A stretch of DNA of 64,000 nucleotides from Octopus vulgaris (GCA_951406725.2 OX597817.1:45136001-45200000), one strand, 5' to 3'; shown: positions 27,811 to 41,135, counted from the stretch's first letter. Notes: generated by a model from the sequence alone, not told the origin. Numbers and translations: made by a program.

Positions 27811-29042
27811 ACATTAGAACATTAAAGTAGATATAATAGATTTAGCACATGCCCAAAAGTGTTGGCCTTATATATCAAACATTTTTACATTTCAAACCAA
27901 TTTATAACCCATTTGTTTTGCTCTTGGAGCGAGAGAATTTACAAGGGTACAAAAATAAAGAATTATCATTGTCAGTTTTCTTACGAATTCTACTTATTTT
28001 AACAAGTCAATAATTCTAAACTTCTGCAGCAAAATTCGTTCAAAATATCCTTGAAATATTAATATAGTAGCTCATATTGTTAGTGTAAACATGTCACGAC
28101 ATTTATGCTATGTAGAAACTTGAGTTTTGATATACTGTATATATTACGAAATCATTATATAATAGAGTAAGCATCTCGAGAAAAATAAGTCGTAGTTAAG
28201 CTATATCATCGTGTGTTTCGTTAAAGTAACAAACGCAGTTACACATGAGTTTCATTTAACGTAGTGAATGCCATACTTTTGAGAATATAAAAAGAAAACT
28301 ATCAACATGCGTACTGAACGTGAGATAAGTGTAAAAATTCCGTTTACGTTATATGGTACGTGGTCATTTACTTTTGTTTTGCACAAAGATATACAACGAA
28401 TCTTTGCAGCTAAAGCCACCTGCTCCTACATTAGCCGTATTGCTAATATATATTTCACGAAAGCTGTGAAAATGGATGGTGAAATCTTAATACGACAATT
28501 CACAAAACACACCAAATGAATAATTAAAATTACAAGACAGCGAACGCAGGGGTATGGGTTTAGCATCTACTGACATTTCTCCTTAACTAAAGGGTTTTAA
28601 ATGTTTATTCAATTTTCAATATTGCTATCATAATCACTTAGCACCATAGTTTAGCATTCCCTTAATTCAGAATATACTTAATTGGGAAACCATTAAGAGC
28701 ATAACCAATATATGAAATACTTGTATGTGAAATGCCTGTAGATACCATCTTGGGATAAATATATTTGAAGGATGAACTTCAGTTCTTTTCTATAATGCTA
28801 TATGTATTCAAATGTTTTCAGAGTATGCGAAAATATTTGTTATGAATATTGGAAAACAGATACAAAAATTTCCTTTTTAGAATCATTATGTTCAAAAGCA
28901 AAATAAAATACATAATTTTACCAGTAAATAGAGTGAATTCAACATAAGGGCTGGGCTTAAACCAAGATCTATGGAGGTAATATTTACCGATACCCAAACT
29001 TTATTACTATGCATTTTATTTATTTTTATTTTTTATATTTCA

Positions 29043-29600
29043 TCTAGTTTCAGCTCACGAGCTGTGGCCATGCTGGGGCACCACCATTTTGTGTTGCTAC
29101 ATAAGTTTACTTCACGAATGCTTTTTAGCAATTGACATTTGGTGCATGAGAGAGTTTGATGCAGCTGCTCTCATCTGCACCTCCTGCTGCGAAGTTGGTT
29201 CATCTGGGACAACTGACAGGAAGAGGTCCAGCTTTATTTTGAAGACACCTACATCCGCCCAATGCAGGTCTCTCAGGTCCTTCGGGGGAATATTGAAGAA
29301 CTGTGGACCTCTAAAGCCAAGGCTATTGCAGTATCTTGCCCTACATCTTGATGGAAAATTTGGAGTCCTTGGTACTATGCAGTGGCGCCCAGTTCTAGTA
29401 CTTATGTAACTCTCAATTCCAAAGTTTGGGACAAGTCCTTCCAGGATCTTCCAGACGTATATTATGGTATATCTTTCTCGCCTACGCTCTAATAGAGTCT
29501 TAATCTCTTGAGTCTTTCCTAATAGCTTATATGCTGCATAGAGGCCATCTTTTTCGTGTAGCTTCGTTGGATTGCCTCAAGTTCTGAGATTAATTTGACA
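29043..29600 (-). mobile_element. 3' end of CR1/L2-type LINE (ORF2 C-terminus plus 3' UTR), 5'-truncated
   Basis: Minus translation ELEAIQRSYTKKM..SY*ERLKRLRL..LERRRERYTIIYVWKILEGLVPN..NSLGFRGPQFFN..FKIKLDLFLSVVPDEP; ends in a stem-loop tail. Confidence 0.85.
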
Positions 29601-29899
29601 TGTGTATATATTAGCAAAATATAAACTTAATAGAGGACATCTTTTGAATTCTTACGTATCAGAATATACTGCGTATGTTAGTTAAAATGAATGTTATTCA
29701 CTTGCTATAAATATGAAATATGCATGTTGTGTTTTACATATTGTATCAGAGCAGTAATGAAAATCGAAAAGAAGTAAGCTGTTGCTATATATACTTCATA
29801 TCAGAGGACATTAAAAATTTAGAACGGAACGTTGAAACTCAAAAACAAGTGAAGATATAAATAATAGCGCATGAATATTGATTTTAACTTTTAGCTGAA

Positions 29900-30057
29900 G
29901 GTCAGCAATTTCAGGGATGGGGGTACTCAACTGATACTTATTTTATCGACCCCGAAAGGAGGAAAATGCAGAATTTGAACTCAGATTGGGAAGATGGACG
30001 AATATCCTCTGAGCATTTTGCCCGGAGTGATAACGACTGTGCCAGCTCATCGCCCTC
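29900..30057 (-). mobile_element. SINE family B, degenerate
   Basis: TACTTATTTTATCGACCCCGAAAGG..GAATTTGAACTCAGA..GCCAGCTCATCGCC. Confidence 0.7.
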
Positions 30058-31117
30058 AAGTGTGTAAATATTGTGCTTAAATATATTTTGCATAAAAATG
30101 TTAGGCCTGCCTGTGGGACTGGTAAGCAAATATTCTGTAAATCTAACAGATGTTCTAAAATTAGACAAAGCCAATCACTTGAAATCCATGACCCATTTAA
30201 GAGACTTTATTCTTATCACCGATAATTGTCTGCTGTTGACGTCATAAGTCATCCACATTTTCTTATCCAAAGTATTCTTTGAATCCAATATTTACAAGCT
30301 GTTATTTATAAATTCATTGCTTGAAAATCAAACATTCCAACAAAAAATTATTTCATATTCTGTCGCAGCTTCTAGATTCTTATAACGTCAATAACATACA
30401 TTTATTGCTGCTAACAAGCAGGTTTTTAAAAGAAATATAGACATTCAAAAGATCGGTTTGGTCCAATGGTAGAACATCTGCCTTATTCAGAGAATATACA
30501 GTTTCGTGTCCCACAGCCAGCCTTTGATATTTTTCTATACAAACGGATTTTTAACCAAATACTTATATGCTGTTATTTATAGGTTATAGGAATTTCAACG
30601 CTCGAGAAACGGCATTTTTTATTTGGTGTCAAAGTGGATATCCTTTCATAAAAAAACAATAAACGATACGATGTTTCTATGGAAAACCAAAAGAAAATCT
30701 GAAAAAATGGAATTCAGAAGAGTATAGAAAATACTTGAGCTTCACGCTGGGCTTTGATAGAATATTTGATACTCCCTTACCTTCTACAGCTTGCATGCCA
30801 TTTGGAAATAGATGGTGATGGCATAAATGGCCCCTACCATATAATGAGAAAGAAACTTAAAATATAGGAAATGTTGTGAAGACAGATTTCATGAAAACTT
30901 TCACGCTAAAATATAAAAAAAAGCGAGAAAATCGTTTCTTCAAGGGGAAATCGTTTAATGTTGTGATTAAAGGAGTGAATTAATCGATATCATATATTTT
31001 ATGAAATAAAGTAGAAAAGGATGACGATAAAAGCAAAGAGGGATTTTTTACAAAAAATTCATCGCCGTGTTGGAAGTTGAAAGAATTGTGTTCTTCGTGG
31101 ATCATTTGTTATGAATG

Positions 31118-31155
31118 CGCGTGTGTGTGTGCCTATATGTATGTATATGTATATA

Positions 31156-31215
<60 letters not shown>

Positions 31216-31400
31216 TATATATATACATATATATATATATACATATACATATATATGTAATATATATATATATCTACATATATATATACATATATATCTA
31301 CATACATATATATATACATATATATACATATACATATATACATATATATATATATGTATATATATATATATGTATGTATGTATATATGTGTGTGTGTAAT
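31118..31400. repeat. Compound (TA)n/(TACA)n microsatellite
   Basis: Seen directly. Confidence 0.95.
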
Positions 31401-32313
31401 AAATGCATATGCAACGTGTATATAAATGAATATATATCAATTTATATCATATACATATTCACGCGTAATCATCCGTACAAAAACCTATTCACATAACTGC
31501 ATATATTCATGTTAACAACATCTTAATGTCATGCACATATTTGCATGAACGTACGCATACTTACACGTAACGTGTTTGAAGTTGGGAGAAAGCATGCGCG
31601 CACGAAAATTCATTCATTCTTACAAAAAAAGCCATGTAAATATATATTGGAAATAAAACAGAACAAAGTGAATGCCACAGAGAAAATAATGATGATAAAA
31701 ATGTGTACGAGTAAAATACTCTACAAAGTAAGGATGCATTATGGATTTCAGTTGAACAAAACCTCAGGAATTACAAGAGCACCAGGAAGAAGGTAAACGA
31801 AAGATGACAAACTTGGATGCAATATTCTAACGAAGCACTATCAGTTAAATGCACAGCATTTAGTGCTTATTTAATTCGAAATCTTGGAGACGGGACCTGC
31901 AAGATTTCATAGTGTAACTTTTAATTAAAACGATTGGCAAGTTGTGTATGAATTATGCTCTCATCGAGACAAAAATGCCGATGCAGCGTGGGGCTAAAAT
32001 CGCGACGGGTCATATCATTGGTGCGTGTGATTCAGAACGTGCCAACTAACTAACACACACACACGCATAAAAAAGGAGAAGGAGAGAGAGAGAGAGAGTG
32101 GGGAATACACACAGATAATAGAAGCCGGAATTTTACGATCATGAGTACAATACCCGAAACATTAAATTATTGATGGTTGTCTATTGTTTCCGATTAGAAT
32201 TGATGGGATTTCATTATAAAGATTTATTTCATGGAAAATACAGAAAAAATTGAAACCAAATCAGTCTCCAAAATAAATGAAAGAAATGACGGCCACGGAT
32301 TTACAGATTTTTT

Positions 32314-32955
32314 TCTTAATCGGGTCCATCTCTTGCTATTCTAAGTTTCGCCTGTCGATGCACGGTTTAAGGCGAAATATGACATATCTGATGACTTTAT
32401 GAATCGACGGGCAAGACTCAAACTAGGAAGAAACTGACTCGGCTAAAATACAACATATTAATCTCTCTTACTAAGACATCGTGTTACAGGCAGTCAATGC
32501 GAAATATATATAAATAGGAAGATAGATAGATAAATAGAGAAGGGGAGAAAGAGATGTTTCTTTTCAATTTGATGTATTCAACCCATTGAAATTTCATTAC
32601 AAAGCATTTTTCTTTTTTTCCGTTTCTACTCTTTTCACAAAGTTTATCTTAATCGAGTCAGTCTCTTGCTATTCTAAGTTCCACCTGTTGATGCACGGTT
32701 TAAGGGGAAATATGACATGGCTGATGACTTTATAGATCAACGGGCAAGACTTAAACTAGCAAGAAACTGACTCGGTTAAAATACTACATATTAATCTCTC
32801 TTACTAAGACATCGTGTTACACACAGTCAATGTGAAGTATATATAAATAGGAATATTGGTAAATAAATAGAGAGAAAGAGAGAGAGAGAGGTATATTTTC
32901 AATTTGCTGTGTTCAATCCATTGAAATTTCATTACAAAGCATTTTTCTTTTTTTG
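32314..32955. repeat. Tandem duplication (period ~333 bp), each unit carrying a ~120-bp imperfect fold-back
   Basis: Units start at 32314 and 32647; unit 2 arms CGAGTCAGTCTCTTGCTA / TAGCAAGAAACTGACTCG. Confidence 0.85.
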
Positions 32956-33131
32956 TTCCTTTTCTTCTCTTTTTCTCTTCCTCCTTTCCCTCTTATCGTT
33001 GTATAACTATCAACATATTTGTAAATATGCACATTTTTTCACAAGCATTCTGAATAGTGGAGCATTATTGTCATATATCTATTTATCTCTCACTTTCTCT
33101 CTCTCCCTATATGTATATATACATATATATC

Positions 33132-33182
<51 letters not shown>

Positions 33183-33281
33183 GATACAGACGTATATCTT
33201 TCATCTTTTACTTGATTTAGTCATAAACTGAGGACATGATAGGGTACTATCTTGAAGGGCGTAACAATTCGGCTATACTAC

Positions 33282-33359
<78 letters not shown>

Positions 33360-33435
33360 ATATGTGTTTGGGTATGTATGTATGTACGTACGAATATATG
33401 TTATATGTGTATATATATATTTATATGTGTGTGTG

Positions 33436-33690
33436 TCTTCAAACGAGAACTAGACATCTTCCTCTCCGCAACGCCCGATGAATCAACCGTCTGAGATGAG
33501 GTGTCGACTGCAGAGGCGGAATGAAAATCCGTTATGCACCAGATGCACCAGCAACTGATACAGAGGAACGTATAGGAGTGGGTACCTGAAACAACCTAGA
33601 TCAGATTGAGGAAATCGGCAAAAGCCACGGTGGTTCCCCCAGCATGATCTCAGCCGTGTGACTGAAACGTCTAAATGACTAAATGTAAAT
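33436..33690 (+). mobile_element. Extreme 3' end of CR1/L2-type LINE, diverged
   Basis: FKRELDIFLSATPDES matches FKxKLDLFLSxxPDEP of the other copies; tail GGTGGTTCCCCCAGCATGATCTCAGCCGTGTGACTGAAAC. Confidence 0.7.
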
Positions 33691-34156
33691 ATAAATATAT
33701 ATATACATATATATATAAACACACACACACATATGTATATATATTTGTACATGTGTGCTCGCGTGTATGTGACTTTACTTACATGGTGTCAATTTCCTGG
33801 TCAATCTTTGCCATGACTTCAATTATGCTAGACATCTATCAATTACCCTCGGTGTGTGTGTGATTCATATATATATATATATATATATATATCTGTGTGT
33901 GTGTGTGGAATACACGCACAGTTGGTAATTTGTAGGTGTCTAGGATAAATGGCGTCATGGCAAAGTTTAACTAAAACAGTGACACCCTTTATGTAGAGTG
34001 ACATATAGAAATGATTTTGTGAATTAGACAGTATAACGAAATATATAAGCAAGTGTCACAATTTCACGTATGTCCATGTATAACTATTTATGTATGATTG
34101 TATACACACGCTCACTCACACACACGCTCATGCACACACCCGCTCATACACACGCT

Positions 34157-34188
<32 letters not shown>

Positions 34189-34323
34189 TGTATTTAAGTA
34201 TGTATGTATGTATCTATCTATCTATCTATCTATATATATATATATATATATATGTGTGTATATATATATATATGAGCACATATGTATCTATCTATCTTTC
34301 ATCTATCTATCTATATCATGTAT

Positions 34324-34375
<52 letters not shown>

Positions 34376-35254
34376 CGCGTGTGAGTGTATGTCTGTGTAC
34401 GCATGTTAAGAGAAATAATGATGGGAAGAGCATCGAACAAAAACAAATTATGCCAGTTAGTGTATTTAATTGAGACGTGTGAAAGTTGTCTTTGTCACCA
34501 ACGGGGCTATTGAGCGTTATGTTTAATGCTTTGCAATGAGGTCTTCACCAATTATAACGTCTAATGCGCAACTGTACTTATTTCTGTGTTACTTACTTTT
34601 AACCGGCACGAAATACAATACTTTCGAAGCGGTAGTAGGACAATTACCAAAGAAAAAAAAAAGAAAAATATCACAAGGCTAACGTAGGGAATGAAATTTG
34701 TATTAAGAAAGTAGAGTTTCATATGAATTGCGATCCGTCTAGTGACATTACTACTTAATAATTAACAGGTTGAGATATTCGTATTCTATTAGATCGGCTT
34801 GTAATCTCGTTTTCCTTATGTGCTCCTTTGTGGTGTTCTGTCAAACTGTAATGATATGCTTGCGTGTATCTATGGCGAAAAACAGCTTTGAAATAGGCAA
34901 AGCGTCCAAGGATTTCCTGTCTTTCTAGAAAGCTCTTCAAGTGATATCTATCTACTTCAAGTTGAACTAACGTTTATATGTCATGTTTGCTCATATTTAT
35001 TTAGATGTGTTTCTATATAAATACTTTGAATGGATCCGTTGTCGGTTTATACGATGACTATCCCAAGTTCTCGTGCAAGATTAACACACACTTATTGTAT
35101 GAGTCGGTGTCTCTGTAATCTCCAACAATGTGCCTCTTTATCTGTGTATAATGCAGAAAATGTATTTTACACAACGTCCACAAGACGTCACTTGAGGAAA
35201 AATTGTAACAGTCAGTTGTGCATATCGTCATGCATATATCTATATCTACGTATA

Positions 35255-35685
35255 TTAATAATAATAAAGGGTAAAATTAATTAATTAATTAATTAGTAAT
35301 TCCACCAAGTAGTGTTCAGCATGTTAAAAGGACCATTTACGGTAAATTTAAACATTACGTTTTATAATCATGAGTATAATTATAATTAGTGTTCAGCCAA
35401 AAAAAAAAAAAAAAAATGTTTTGCCACATACCGAAATTTAGGGTTCAGCAGAAAGATAAAAAAATTTGTTTTGCCACATACCGAACTTTTAGAAATAGCA
35501 AACGAAGGAGCTATTTCTTCTACTATAAGAAGAATCGCCCCGTATACGTTGTCTGGGATATTCTTCTTATAGTAGAAGAAATAGCTAAGTTCTTTGGCTG
35601 CTATTTCTAAAAGTTCGGTATGTGGCAAAACAATTCTTTTTTGCTGAATCTTAATTATAATTATACTTACAATTATAAAACGTCA
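35255..35685. mobile_element. Long fold-back element, same family as 58014-58775
   Basis: Inverted arms ~35357-35535 / 35560-35682; shares CCACATACCGAA.TTTAGAAATAGC, TTGGTG.AATTACT and TGGTCCTTTT with the 58 kb element. Confidence 0.75.
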
Positions 35686-35976
35686 TATATCTACGTATAT
35701 GTAGGTATGTTTGTGTGTGTGTATGTCTGTGTGTGTGTGTATATATGTGTGTGTGTGTGAGTGTGGCTGTATGTGTGTGTGTTTATATATATGCAGTAAT
35801 AAATAGACACACGAAAAAGACATAAATGTAACATGAAGTAGCTCTCTATTCTGTGTGCCTCACCCAGATTTATTCAGAAACTGTACTGCCAACATACAGA
35901 AACACACACACATACACGAAATCGCAGACACACACGTATAAGAGCACTCACACAAAAGAACACATACACACACAAG

Positions 35977-36015
<39 letters not shown>

Positions 36016-36059
36016 GATAATCGATTAATGAAACAAGTGGTATTTGTTATTAGTCATTA

Positions 36060-36868
36060 TCCAGCATGGAATTGGTATTTATGCTCCATGGAAATTTGTC
36101 AGTATGAAAAACAATTAAATTTTGGAAAAAATAAAAGAAAAGTTTTTAAAAGAATATTTGCATAGTGTTCAAATACAAGTGGCATTTTCCTGGTTTCTGC
36201 CTGTCTCTGTCTCTCTTGTTTACTCTTGTGAGTTCGAAGTCATTGTGAATTCTTGGCAGGGAAGAAGAAGAAGCAGAAGGAGGAGGAGAAAGAAGAGGCG
36301 AAGTATGCGTGAGTGCCATGATAGTAGAAGGATGTTAAATGGTCAAGTGCCCTGAAAGTGAGTTGTTGTGGATGGAAGTAGTTATTGAATTCCTGAGACA
36401 TCTCTTTTGAATGTATTGTTCATAAAATTTGCGTAGGTGTTATTCTAAACAGCAGTAGTAGTAAAGTTAGGAAGGAGGTTGCGGAGAGGAAGAAGACCAA
36501 GAAGGAGAAAGAGAAGGGAGAATAAGCAGGAATATAGGTGGTATGATAGTAGTAGGATATTAAATGCTCAAGGGATCTAAAAGTGCCTCGTTATAGATTA
36601 TAGCAGTGATTGGGACTGTTTTTAATGAATTCTTGGCATCTCCTGAATATATCATTTTTAATACTTGCGTGTGTGTTTATGTTATTCTAAGGCCGTAGTA
36701 GATGCGTCGCTTGTTGCAGATGCGTTCAAAATGGGTTTGTATTTTGTAATAAAGAGTCTCTTTACTGATTCGTTGGCTACAGGTTGTATCGTCCCTGTAT
36801 TGGTTGAGGGGAAAAATCCTGAAGCTTGGATATTTTTTTTGGCGCAAATGTCAATGTGTTGGTTGAAT
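36060..36868 (-). mobile_element. Penelope-like element 3' end: GIY-YIG C-terminus plus downstream pLTR-like region
   Basis: QHIDICAKK...KRLFITKYKPILN resembles the terminal E..FI..YKP.LN motif of PLE GIY-YIG endonucleases; followed by two degenerate ~230-bp direct repeats and a block homologous to 39350-39497. Confidence 0.6.
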
Positions 36869-37075
36869 GCTATGTTATCCAAGGGAAAGTTCAAAGGCCG
36901 ATACAGCTTGGCACAAGTGACGTCGCAACTCATTTCTACAACGAAGTGAACTGGAGCAACGTGAAATAAAGTGTCTTGCTCAAGAAAATATGACGCAGCT
37001 CGGTCCGAGTATCGAACTCACAACCCCACGATCGTAAGCTCGACGCTCTCACCACTGAGCCGTGTGCCTTCACGC
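36868..37075 (-). mobile_element. tRNA-derived SINE (group C, subfamily D), lacking 3' part
   Basis: Homologous to 57614-57800; head GGCTCAGTGGTGAGAGCG..GAGTTCGATACTC. Confidence 0.8.
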
Positions 37076-37143
37076 GCGCACACACACACACACATACACA
37101 TATAGATAGATATACATATTCAAATACATACACACACACACAG

Positions 37144-37186
<43 letters not shown>

Positions 37187-37749
37187 AACTAACGTACTCA
37201 GAAGTCTTATCCCTTGGTTCCATTCTCATAATTGTTCCCCTAATCCAATAACGACAATACAAAGTATGTAGCCATTAAAAGGGTTTTATGCATAGGACCT
37301 TGTTTTTATGAAATCCCAATAAATTATGAATATCCAAATCGTGAAAACACTTACATAATAACATGAAGTTAGTTACCCGATATTAAGAATTCAAATAACG
37401 TAGCCCCGAAAAAGGCTTTAATGCGTTCCTAGAGTATATAGAACTTAGGAGGAAATACCAATATTTTATGTATACCAGAATTGTGAAGCTTGTTACATAA
37501 TAACAAGTTAATCTGATATGAGATAATAATAATTCTAGGTAAATAACTCTGAAAAGGGCTTTCGTGCGTTCCCTGAGAATATTACCCTTAGGGACGCTAG
37601 TGCTGAAATAAATTTACAACGAATGAAGAAACAGACTAACATCAGTTCTACAGTAGAAACACAAATAAATTTTCATATATATTTTAAAATGAAATAACGT
37701 AGATTATCAATACATTTACAACACTTACAAATAACCGATCATTCAAGTC

Positions 37750-38210
37750 TTACAACACTTACAAATAACCAATCATTCAAGTCAGCGCGAGAACAAATGT
37801 GACCATCATTGGTTTCAAGACGAAAGGTATTCTTCCATAAAGATAATACTCGACAGATACAGCGAGGATGACATTCCAACGGCTGGAGCAGTTGGAAGGG
37901 GAAATGATGCCCCACCCACCATATTCGCCGGACATTGCCCCATCTGATCATCTGCAGGTTCCAAAATCGTTTGGACGGAAAAGGTAAGAATTCGGTTGAC
38001 GATGTCAGAACAGTAGAAGAGAAGCATTTTTTCATTACACACAAGTGAATTTTGGAATAGGGGCGTTGCAAGTCTACCGGATTGACGGAAGAGCATTGTA
38101 GAAAACGAAGGGAAGTATATTATAGTTTTAAAATTGACCTTCGTTTAACTTAATTTTGAAAAATAAAACAAGTATTAACAAAACCGCATTATTAATGATA
38201 TGACCCAATT
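37750..38210 (+). mobile_element. Mariner (Tc1/mariner) transposase C-terminal remnant with right TIR
   Basis: RKVFFHKDN..MPHPPYSPDIAPSD (CAC at 37913)..EFWNRGVASLPD*RKSIVENEGKY; terminal AAAACCGCATTA..TGACCCAAT. Confidence 0.88.
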
Positions 38211-38699
38211 TACACACACATACAGGTAGAGGAAATTGAACTCATAGGATGCAATGCCATGTCCTCTTAGGATATGTATGCAGAGATTTAGGATGAATGT
38301 ATTGTATATAACACTGCAATAAACAAGTCTTTGTGGATGTATAATTCTATATACATATTTTATAATATCCTATATATATATATATATACACAGAGTATGC
38401 CGTATTTTCATATATTAATACATGTATACGCATATGCATTAAATTTTATACCTTGTACATTGAGTTTCATATTTAATTTTGAAATTCATACATGATATGA
38501 TTTTTCTGAGTTTTGTATTTCCAAAGAGTATTCCGTTATGATCTCCATCTTCCACATGTGCATTCCTTCTATTTATCTTTCCGACGTTTACAATCTTTCC
38601 TTATTATTCTAGTTGTTATCCTCCTCCTCCTACTCCTCCTACTCCCTCCTCCTCTTTCTCTTCTTCTTCTTCTACACACTTATCCACTATGCATCCTCT

Positions 38700-38769
<70 letters not shown>

Positions 38770-38810
38770 ACTACTACTGCTACTACTACTACTGCTGCTG
38801 CTACTACTAC
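38700..38810. repeat. (CTA)n/(CTG)n microsatellite
   Basis: Seen directly; source of the poly-L/Y/T ORFs. Confidence 0.97.
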
Positions 38811-39196
38811 GTTTTATTTATTTTTTTTTTCTTTTCTTCCACCTACATCAAAACCACTTTCCTTTCAAATTTGCTCCGACTTCCAATCTTTTCGTCACCT
38901 CACCCTTCTCGTGTTCATCTTTTTTATCTTCGCTCATTCTTCTTCCCTTTCCATTCCTTTAGTGACGCCGTTCAGCCTATAGGGCGTTATTTGTCAGTTT
39001 AGTGTATAGCTCTCTATCATTAATTAAAAGAGTAGATATTCAGTCAGCTGAAATACGAGAAAGAAAATCATCCGACTAGGAGCTGCAGAGCATCAACTTT
39101 CAACTAATCTTAGGCTACTCAAATTTATGAAATTAGCTTCATTGCAATTCGTAACAGTTTTGTATCTATTTAATCATATATAGTTACGTATATATG

Positions 39197-39259
<63 letters not shown>

Positions 39260-39261
<2 letters not shown>

Positions 39262-39497
39262 AAAAAAAGTCAAGATAGAAAATGCTAAAATAATTTTATA
39301 AAAAACATTTCAGTATCGGTTCCAGTCATTGAGACTTTTTCAACTGTAACAATTAAACAATTAAATTTAGAAAAATTAAAAGAAAAGTTTTTTTAAAAGA
39401 ATATTTGCATTTTGTTCAAATACAAGTGGCATTTTCCTTGTTTCTGCCTTTCTCTGTCTCTCTTATTTACTCTTGTGGGTTCGAGGTCGTTGTGAAC
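39260..39497 (-). mobile_element. Solo pLTR-like fragment of the 36 kb Penelope family, next to (TA)n
   Basis: 39350-39497 is highly similar to 36110-36250; carries the hammerhead-like motif at 39311-39346. Confidence 0.7.
39311..39346 (-). ncRNA. Hammerhead-like motif, U3-A8 variant, decayed
   Basis: CAG-TTGAAAA-AGTC TCAAT GACT-GGAACCGATA-CTG; stems I and II pair, but GAAA has become GGAA. Confidence 0.5.
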
Positions 39498-39525
39498 TAT
39501 ATATTATATATATATATACTTATAC

Positions 39526-39903
39526 TTGGAAGCACCCCGTCGGTTACGAAGACGAGGGTTCCGGTTGATCCGAATCAACGGAACAGCCTGCCCGTGAAAT
39601 TAACGTGTAAGTGGCTGAGCACTCCACAGACACGTGTACCCTTAACGTAGTTCTCGGGGATATTCAGCGTGACACAGAGAGTGACAAGGTCGGCCCTTTG
39701 AAATACAGGTACAACAGAAACAGGAAGTAAGAGAAAGTTGTGGTGAAAGAGTACAGCAGGGATCACCACCATCCCTGCCGGAGCCTCGTGGAGCTTTATG
39801 TGTTTTCGCTGAATAAACACTCACAACGCCCGGTCTGGGAATCGAAACCGCGATCCTATGACCGCGAGTCCGCTGCCCTAACCACTGGGCCATTGCGCCT
39901 CCA
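39526..39903 (-). mobile_element. tRNA-derived SINE (group C), full length
   Basis: Head GGAGGCGCAATGGCCCAGTGGTTAGGGCAGCGG..GGTTTCGATTCCC; homologous to 41245-41524 and 19107-19392 over head and mid-body. Confidence 0.85.
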
Positions 39904-40109
39904 CAAATATACTTATACGTACATATATACAAGGGTGGTATGAAAAGTCTTGATCCTCAAAAACAAAAGAAATAAAAGACTCCTGACCACCGTATCAACA
40001 AAATTTGTACAACTTTTGCGCATGTTCAGATCTTCGTGTTTATTTCTGTAGAGTTGTCATTCTGATTCCGAATTGTATGCTTATTGTGTTTATTGTCACA
40101 TGGCACCAT

Positions 40110-40540
40110 TCATTCAGAAAATTGAAAATTTTCTAATCCAGAACTGATGCTCTGGTATCCTTCTGCATCGCACACATTTTGTCGTCTCTCCCCTTCTTTC
40201 CAGAGTCCTTTTTGCCCGCAAAAACATCAGGTTATAAGCACTTTGGAGGATGCCATAAGTTTCGGCAGCGTTTTTCCCCAGTTTAGCACCAAATTTCATT
40301 TCATAGCAATCTTCCAAACTCTCCGATGGGATTCTGCGAACTCGTCAGGCGTGACAAGCAGTGTTTATTGGGGAGCATTCAAAATATTGTTACAGCCATC
40401 TCCAACCGATCTGGAATAACAAAAACTCTCAGTTTAGACCATCCAATATAAATTAATGATATACTGAAATGAGAATAATCTACGATTGTTATAACTACGT
40501 CTCCTAAAATGCCTCAAAACCCATGGAATGCAACGTGTAT
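40110..40540 (-). mobile_element. Mariner 5' remnant (N-terminal HTH region)
   Basis: LEDCYEMKFGAKLGKNAAETYGILQSAY resembles mariner EQR..IKFC.KLGK.A.ET..ML..AY; element begins at a TA. Confidence 0.65.
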
Positions 40541-40859
40541 ATCTATGCGCGCACACACACTCACACGCATACACATACACACGGTCTTTCACATATACAC
40601 ACACATATACATACATTTATATCTGTATATGCACAAATAGAGAGCGTGGGCTAGACAGAATTTTTTGTGATTTCTTTCTCATCCAAACATACACACCACG
40701 CACACACACATATATATATAGACACTTCAAAGCAGATTTGGGAACATCTACTTTGTGCTAAATTTAGAAAATCAAAAAGCAATATGTACACACAGACAAA
40801 CTCATACACAGACACACAAACTCACACACACACGTATATAAATATACCTGTCTTCGCCT

Positions 40860-41135
40860 CGGAAGACAACTGTTGTTATGTCCTGTTATTTGTATTTGTG
40901 TAACTTTCTCTGTTTTTTCGCTGCTTTCTTCCAAGGCTTAGTGTTTCGTCGGGGCTGGCCAGATTGGAGGAATCTGGAGTATAATCAGCCGAAATTGCAA
41001 AGATATTCCGGAACTCGACTGAGGAAAGAAAACTCCGAATGACTTGCCCTTGTTCTCTTTGTATCATCTATCTAGACATTTTGTTAGCACTTTCTTGTAT
41101 CACCTAACTTACTGGATGTTTTGCGTTCTTGTCCC

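Noticed and set aside
30450-30522. Isolated A-box/B-box-like pair (TGGTCCAATGG..GTTTCGTGTCC)
   Set aside because: Stems do not pair convincingly; at most a decayed tRNA pseudogene or SINE head.
31755-31792. Possible micro-exon (TTTCAG..GAAG|GTAAAC)
   Set aside because: Splice-like signals of this quality are frequent by chance; no supporting neighbours.
32365-32405. GAAA...CTGATGA as a type-II hammerhead or box C/D snoRNA
   Set aside because: Too little sequence between the motifs for helices III and I; no properly placed D box.
38513-39002. Poly-L/Y/T ORFs in three frames
   Set aside because: (CTA)n microsatellite.
39830-39903. tRNA-like sequences at SINE heads (also 8300, 19320, 41450, 57615)
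   Set aside because: A/B boxes are present but the cloverleaf is incomplete and each continues into a repeat body; these are SINE heads, not tRNA genes.
39926-40110. TACAAGGGTGGTATGAAAAGT, mariner-TIR-like start
   Set aside because: Does not match the terminus at 40540 and has no coding support; left unassigned.
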